Shown here: piece after piece, positions 52,823 through 57,353 of the stretch | Numbering within the stretch: position 1 is the first letter of the stretch | Layout of the letters: every line of letters starts with the position of its first letter | DNA from: Deltaproteobacteria bacterium | Lineage (GTDB): Bacteria; Desulfobacterota; Binatia; UBA9968 | Length of the DNA: 57,353 nucleotides | Assembly: GCA_023250515.1 (NCBI GenBank) | Contig: JAHFAO010000003.1 | Location: 1-57,353, forward strand | Direction of reading: 5' to 3' | Made by a program: the position numbers and the translations under genes | The notes under the pieces: generated by a model | Database searches by the model: none | Seen by the model: only the letters and a program-made list of their open reading frames with translations | Told to the model about the DNA's origin: nothing

Positions 52823-53221
52823 CTAGAGGGGATTTTTGCCAGCTTTCCCTGAAGCACCTATCACATCAAGAAATGCCTTCAGGATGTCGGTGGTCGTGAT
52901 AATGCCAACCAATCTTTCCCCCTTAACCACGGGCAGACCTCCAATCTTGTGTTGGAGTATTACCTGCGCAGCTTTCTCAAGGGTGGTCTCAGGGGTAACG
53001 GTAACGAGATCTTTGGTCATCGCCGCGTTAACCTTGGTTATCATCATTTGTTTCCTATTCCAGCGTATATCTCGATCGGTGACGATACCAACGAGCTTCC
53101 CATCCTCAACAACGGGTAGCTGGCGGAAACCCCCTGCTTGCATTTTCGCCCGAGCCGTGGCCAGAGTGTCTTGAGGGGTCACCGATACCGGATCTTGGAT
53201 CATGCGTTCACCAACCATCAT
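52823..53221 (-). CDS. CBS-pair domain protein (AcuB-like)
   Basis: LPVVEDGKLVGIVTDRD and LPVVKGERLVGIITTTD. Confidence 0.9.
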   Translation of the reverse strand: MMVGERMIQDPVSVTPQDTLATARAKMQAGGFRQLPVVEDGKLVGIVTDRDIRWNRKQMMITKVNAAMTKDLVTVTPETTLEKAAQVILQHKIGGLPVVKGERLVGIITTTDILKAFLDVIGASGKAGKNPL

Positions 53222-53324
53222 CTCAGCACCTCCAAGCTCTTAATCCAGTTGCATCAACCGCTTCTGTCTCAAAATAGAGCAGGTAACAGTTACTAACCGA
53301 TTCCTCGGGTTTCGCTTTTCTTTC

Positions 53325-53353
53325 ATAGTATATAAGGAAGCCTCGTTTTTCAA
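53325..53353 (-). promoter_or_regulatory. Candidate sigma70 promoter for the CBS gene
   Basis: TTGAAA-17 nt-TACTAT; palindrome GTAAC-A-GTTAC just downstream at 53283-53293. Confidence 0.5.
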
Positions 53354-53623
53354 CGGTCTTGCGAACACCGCGCGAGATGGAACATCGTTGAGCACACCTT
53401 TTCCTGCGGTGTGCTCTATCACCCACTCTTTATTGTAGAGTTGGGCAACCCCAGGACTCCCAAGAGTACCACGTTTTCGCGATGGCCCTCTCTGCTTGAG
53501 TTGTCGAGTTGCAAGGCCCTGTCCGGTCAAATTTGTACATGTATCTTGCAAAAAATCGCCCATTCTGTCAGACAAGAAATATTTCAGTTCTGTAAATTCT
53601 TAATTTTGCTAGCCATGCATGGT

Positions 53624-53638
53624 TGGCACGGGCATTGC
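53624..53638 (+). promoter_or_regulatory. sigma54 (-24/-12) promoter
   Basis: TGGCAC-GGGCA-TTGC, matching the consensus, ending 39 nt upstream of the ORF at 53678. Confidence 0.75.
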
Positions 53639-53677
53639 CTCCAAATAGATGCAAATCCAACCTGATTCGGAAACGCT

Positions 53678-54067
53678 ATGAAGTGGCTTTATCTATTTCT
53701 GAAAAGCCGGTCTATCAGGGCCCTTTTGCCCACCCTGCTCTTGATCTCGCTATGGCCATGGGCATCTAACGGCCAGGACTTTAAAAAATGGGAGGCCAAG
53801 ACAAGAGAGTATAAACAGTGGCTGGATTTGCATGGGTCAGAGGGCTCCCGTCTTTGGTTAAGGATTGATAGCAGCCGCCGGCCTCATAAACTTTACGTGG
53901 GAGAGGCTTTTCACAACGCAAATTATAAGGAAAAAGAACATTTCATCGAGATCTTTTCCAACTATCTCGCCGGCCACCCGGAGAAGTTCACACTTATCGA
54001 TATCTTTGATGCAAAGACGGGAAAACCCGTCGGCGAATTTGGTTGGGGCGGGTTCAAGCTCTATTAA
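53678..54067 (+). CDS. Hypothetical exported protein
   Basis: Basic then hydrophobic N-terminus ending ASNG-Q; plausible composition; no family recognised. Confidence 0.7.
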   Translation: MKWLYLFLKSRSIRALLPTLLLISLWPWASNGQDFKKWEAKTREYKQWLDLHGSEGSRLWLRIDSSRRPHKLYVGEAFHNANYKEKEHFIEIFSNYLAGHPEKFTLIDIFDAKTGKPVGEFGWGGFKLY

Positions 54068-54122
54068 TCTCTTTTTAGAATTGGTGGAGAAGGGGCATAA
54101 GGGATTGTGTCTTGGGAAAAAC

Positions 54123-54198
<76 letters not shown>

Positions 54199-54208
54199 AT
54201 ATCTGCTC

Positions 54209-54268
54209 CGAGAATCGAGGACGGAGGATCGAGAATCGCGATTCTATCCTCTATCTTCTATCCTCAAT
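54209..54268. repeat. Palindromic heptamer array, family E (CGAGRAT / TATCCTC)
   Basis: cgagaat cgaggac ggaggat cgagaat cgcg attc tatcctc tatcttc tatcctc, between tRNA-His and tRNA-Lys. Confidence 0.82.
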
Positions 54269-54277
54269 CTTTGAAAC

Positions 54278-54355
54278 TGGGGTGAGTGAAGGGATTTGAA
54301 CCCTCAACCCCTGGAGCCACAGTCCAGTGCTCTAACCAGTTGAGCTACACTCACC
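54278..54355 (-). tRNA. tRNA-His(GTG)
   Basis: Anticodon arm ctgga-ctgtggc-tccag; G-1:C73 pair; CCA encoded. Confidence 0.95.
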
Positions 54356-54371
54356 ACATTGCAAGCCATGC

Positions 54372-54448
54372 TGGCGCGCCAGAAGGGATTCGAACCCCTG
54401 ACCTACGGCTTAGAAGGCCGTTGCTCTATCCAGCTGAGCTACTGGCGC
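54372..54448 (-). tRNA. tRNA-Arg(TCT)
   Basis: Anticodon arm acggc-cttctaa-gccgt; CCA encoded. Confidence 0.95.
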
Positions 54449-54464
54449 CGCAAAAGAAACTAAG

Positions 54465-54541
54465 TGGTCGGGGCGAGACGATTTGAACGTCCGACCCCCT
54501 GCGCCCAAGGCAGGTGCGCTACCAGGCTGCGCTACGCCCCG
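54465..54541 (-). tRNA. tRNA-Pro(TGG)
   Basis: Anticodon arm cctgc-cttgggc-gcagg; CCA encoded. Confidence 0.95.
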
Positions 54542-54562
54542 TCAAAATAAACAAGCGAGACC

Positions 54563-54590
54563 ATTCTACACATGCATGGTGTGAAATCAA
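54563..54590 (-). promoter_or_regulatory. Candidate promoter for the tRNA Pro-Arg-His-Lys cluster
   Basis: TTGATT-16 nt-TAGAAT just upstream of tRNA-Pro. Confidence 0.45.
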
Positions 54591-55204
54591 GGATGGGTCA
54601 ATAGAGGAAAGAGAGAAGGCAGTGCTTCCTTGAGCTTCTCTAAAGCCCTGCCTCTGTGACTTACTCCACATTTGGTTTCTCGATCCAACTCAGCGAAGGT
54701 CTTACCCAAAGGAGGATAAACAAAGAGTGGATCATAACCAAATCCCTTGTCTCCTCTTGGGGAAAAGGTTATCCATCCCTCGCACTCTCCGCGAAAGACC
54801 CACTCCCTCTCGCCAGAAGAGATCGGGCTGTACAATGCAAGGACGCAGACAAATCGCGCTCCTCTATTCTCCTGCCACAGACCTGCTAAGGCTTGGAGCA
54901 GTTTTTCGTTATTCCTGGCATCGTCTGCATCCTCCCCGCTGTAGCGAGCCGAAAGAATGCCTGGAGCTCCGCCAAGGGCATCTACCTCTAGCCCAGAGTC
55001 ATCTGCCAAGGTTATATATCCGGAAAAATCGGCCAGTGTACGGGCCTTCTTTAAGGCGTTCTCCTCATATGTTTTTCCATCCTCCACGACCTTGGACCAT
55101 GTTCCTAAACTAGTAAGAGGAATGATCTTAATGGGAAGATCTTTAAGCGTCGCCTCGACTTCAGCAAGCTTACCCGAATTGTTTGTAGCCACTAGGAGCT
55201 GCAC
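54587..55204 (-). CDS. rdgB: dITP/XTP pyrophosphatase (RdgB/HAM1)
   Basis: ATNNSGK; ADDSGLEVDALGGAPG; GFGYDP; SHR. Confidence 0.96.
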   Translation of the reverse strand: MQLLVATNNSGKLAEVEATLKDLPIKIIPLTSLGTWSKVVEDGKTYEENALKKARTLADFSGYITLADDSGLEVDALGGAPGILSARYSGEDADDARNNEKLLQALAGLWQENRGARFVCVLALYSPISSGEREWVFRGECEGWITFSPRGDKGFGYDPLFVYPPLGKTFAELDRETKCGVSHRGRALEKLKEALPSLFPLLTHP

Positions 55205-55215
55205 AATTAGAAGGG

Positions 55216-55938
55216 CTAGGGAATCGTGGAGAGAACTTTCTTTTGTACTTTGAGAAGCTCTCGAATGCCTTGCTGGGCGATCTCAGCCATGCGGTCCAAT
55301 CCCTTCTTTGTGAACGGCGCGCCCTCTGCGGTTCCTTGGACCTCGACAAACCTCCCTGACCCGGTCATGACGAAGTTCATGTCCACAGAGGCTTGGCTAT
55401 CTTCGTCGTAGGTGAGATCCAAAAGGGTTTTTCCATTCACGATGCCTACACTCACCGCAGCCACCGAATCTCTGATCAAATTCTCCTGGATAGTCCCTTG
55501 GTTTATCCATCGGCGCACAGCTTCTGCCAAAGCCACATAGGCCCCTGTGATGGAAGCCGTTCGGGTCCCGCCATCCGCTTGAATCACGTCGCAGTCAATC
55601 CAGAATGTTCTTTCTCCAAGAACTTCCAGGTTGGCAATAGCCCGAAGGCTACGGCCGATCAGCCTCTGGATCTCATGGGTTCTTCCCCCGATCCTCCCCC
55701 GAACAGCCTCGCGAGAAATACGAACCTGTGAAGAGGAGGGCAGCATCCCATACTCTGCCGTGATCCATCCTTTCCCGCTGTTGCGCAAGAAAGGAGGAAC
55801 CCTATCCTCCAGCTTGGCCGTGCAGATCACCCGGGTATCCCCCACCTCGATCAGGACCGAGCCATCGGCGTGTTTGATATAGCCCGGATTAATGACAATG
55901 GCCCTTAACTCTCTTTCTTTTCGCCCGTCCGCACGCAT
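55216..55938 (-). CDS. rph: Ribonuclease PH
   Basis: [11 protein letters not shown]; [12 protein letters not shown]; QADGGTRTA. Confidence 0.97.
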   Translation of the reverse strand: MRADGRKERELRAIVINPGYIKHADGSVLIEVGDTRVICTAKLEDRVPPFLRNSGKGWITAEYGMLPSSSQVRISREAVRGRIGGRTHEIQRLIGRSLRAIANLEVLGERTFWIDCDVIQADGGTRTASITGAYVALAEAVRRWINQGTIQENLIRDSVAAVSVGIVNGKTLLDLTYDEDSQASVDMNFVMTGSGRFVEVQGTAEGAPFTKKGLDRMAEIAQQGIRELLKVQKKVLSTIP

Positions 55939-55940
55939 CT

Positions 55941-57353
55941 CTATAAATTAAGATGGAAGACAACCATTTTAAGTTCCGTCATCTCCTCCACCGCGTAGCG
56001 CGGCCCCTCCTTGCCAAAACCTGATTCCTTGAGGCCGCCGTAAGGCATAAGGTCAGCCCGCCACTGAGGACCCCAGTTGATGTGTAGGTTGCCTGACTCC
56101 ACCTCTCGAGCGAATCTCATCGCCCACTCTAGACTCTCGGTGAAGATGCCGGCTGAGAGACCGTAGACAGAATCGTTGGCAAGGGCAATGGCCTCGTCTA
56201 TGGTTTGGAAAGGCGTAACCGCCACCGCCGGGCCGAATAGTTCATCACAGGAGATTCTCATCTCCGGCTTGACATCTGCCACCACCGTGGGGGCGTAGAT
56301 GGCGCCTTGCCTCGACCCACCCACAACCACACGGGCGCCACCCCCAACAGCCTCCTGCACCCACTCCTCGACGCGGACGGCGTCTTTCTCGCGGACCATG
56401 GGACCCACCTTGGTCTTCTCGTCGAGCTGATTGCCGGCGGTCAGGGCCTGTACCTTGGGAGTTAATGCACTCAGGAAGTCACTGTAAACCCTTCCGGCGG
56501 TGAGGACCCGCTGGGTGGAGATGCAGACCTGTCCCGCATTGGCGTAGCCTGTGGTCGCTACGGCCGCCGCCACTTTATCCAGGTCTGCATCGGGCATGAC
56601 AATGACTGGACAGTTGGAACCGAGCTCCATGGTGACCTTTTTGATCCCGGCCATGCGGCAAATCCGCTCTCCCACCTCCCGACTTCCGGTGAAGGTAATC
56701 TTGCGCACGCGGCGATCGGAGACAAGCACATCTCCGATCTCCCCTCCGGAACCGGTTAGGCACTGAATTCCATCCGCTGGAAGCCCCGCTTCCAGAAGAA
56801 TCTCTGTGAGTTTTAGCGCCGATAGAGGCGTATCCGTTGCCGGTTTGATGATCACCGAGTTGCCCGCAGCCAGCGCAGGGCCAACTTTGTGGCAAACCAG
56901 ATTAAGCGGGAAGTTAAAAGGGCTGATGGCCACGACAACACCGCACGGAACCCGCAGGGTAAAACCCAACTTTTTTGCCCCGCCTGGGTCTCCGTCCAGG
57001 GGTACGGTCTCTCCATGGATGCGCTTAGCCTCCTCCGCTGAGCCCATGATGGTTTCTACAGCGCGGTTCGCCTCCAAGCGGCCTTCGGCGATGATCTTGC
57101 CCTCCTCGGTCGATATCAGCCGCCCCAGCTCCTCGTTTCGGGCAGCCATAAGATCAGCGGCCTTTCTCAAGATTTTCCAGCGCTCGTAACCGGACAGCTT
57201 GGCCATAACCTTTGCCCCACGCTCCGCGAAGCTCAGGGCGCGGTCGACATCGCCGCCATCGGCCTTGGGCACCGTGTCGATAACCGAGTTATCGTAGGGG
57301 TTTCGGACCTCAATCTTTTTGGACTTATCGATCCATTTACCTTCCAAGAATAT
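55941..57353 (-). CDS. Aldehyde dehydrogenase family protein (start lies beyond the window)
   Basis: PFNFP; FTGS; ELGSN; GQVC; ELFGP. Frame is open to the window edge (IFLEGKW). Confidence 0.95.
   Translation of the reverse strand: MFLEGKWIDKSKKIEVRNPYDNSVIDTVPKADGGDVDRALSFAERGAKVMAKLSGYERWKILRKAADLMAARNEELGRLISTEEGKIIAEGRLEANRAVETIMGSAEEAKRIHGETVPLDGDPGGAKKLGFTLRVPCGVVVAISPFNFPLNLVCHKVGPALAAGNSVIIKPATDTPLSALKLTEILLEAGLPADGIQCLTGSGGEIGDVLVSDRRVRKITFTGSREVGERICRMAGIKKVTMELGSNCPVIVMPDADLDKVAAAVATTGYANAGQVCISTQRVLTAGRVYSDFLSALTPKVQALTAGNQLDEKTKVGPMVREKDAVRVEEWVQEAVGGGARVVVGGSRQGAIYAPTVVADVKPEMRISCDELFGPAVAVTPFQTIDEAIALANDSVYGLSAGIFTESLEWAMRFAREVESGNLHINWGPQWRADLMPYGGLKESGFGKEGPRYAVEEMTELKMVVFHLNL

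Noticed and set aside
52585-54122. Possible genomic island between tRNA-Lys and tRNA-Leu
   Set aside because: No integrase and no duplicated tRNA 3' end seen

Overview
The window is mostly core genome from a deltaproteobacteria-like organism; Binatia is a low-confidence guess from gene content. From 8.2 to 40.6 kb the minus strand carries the ribosomal superoperon: four tRNAs, tuf, rpmG, tRNA-Trp, secE, nusG, rplKAJL, rpoBC, rpsLG, fusA and the S10, spc and alpha clusters. Beyond it lie rlmB, lptFG, rplM-rpsI-argC, tig-clpPX-lon-hup, seven more tRNAs, rdgB, rph and an aldehyde dehydrogenase. The first 8 kb is accessory. It holds a lipoprotein missed by the ORF track, kptA, and a probable catabolic operon with two short MetE-like genes, one apparently starting at ATC. 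It also holds an integrase-less integron cassette with a DUF2442/DUF4160 pair whose attC site is split by a 98-bp MITE, a retropepsin and an HTH pseudogene. The most striking unexplained signal is at least 16 palindromic arrays of 7-9-nt units, in six unrelated unit families, at gene junctions of the core operons. Several are followed by Shine-Dalgarno-less, U-rich TTATG starts. Also notable: rpmD is absent, no tuf follows fusA, a terminator-like hairpin sits between rpsG and fusA, and several ribosomal proteins have extensions.
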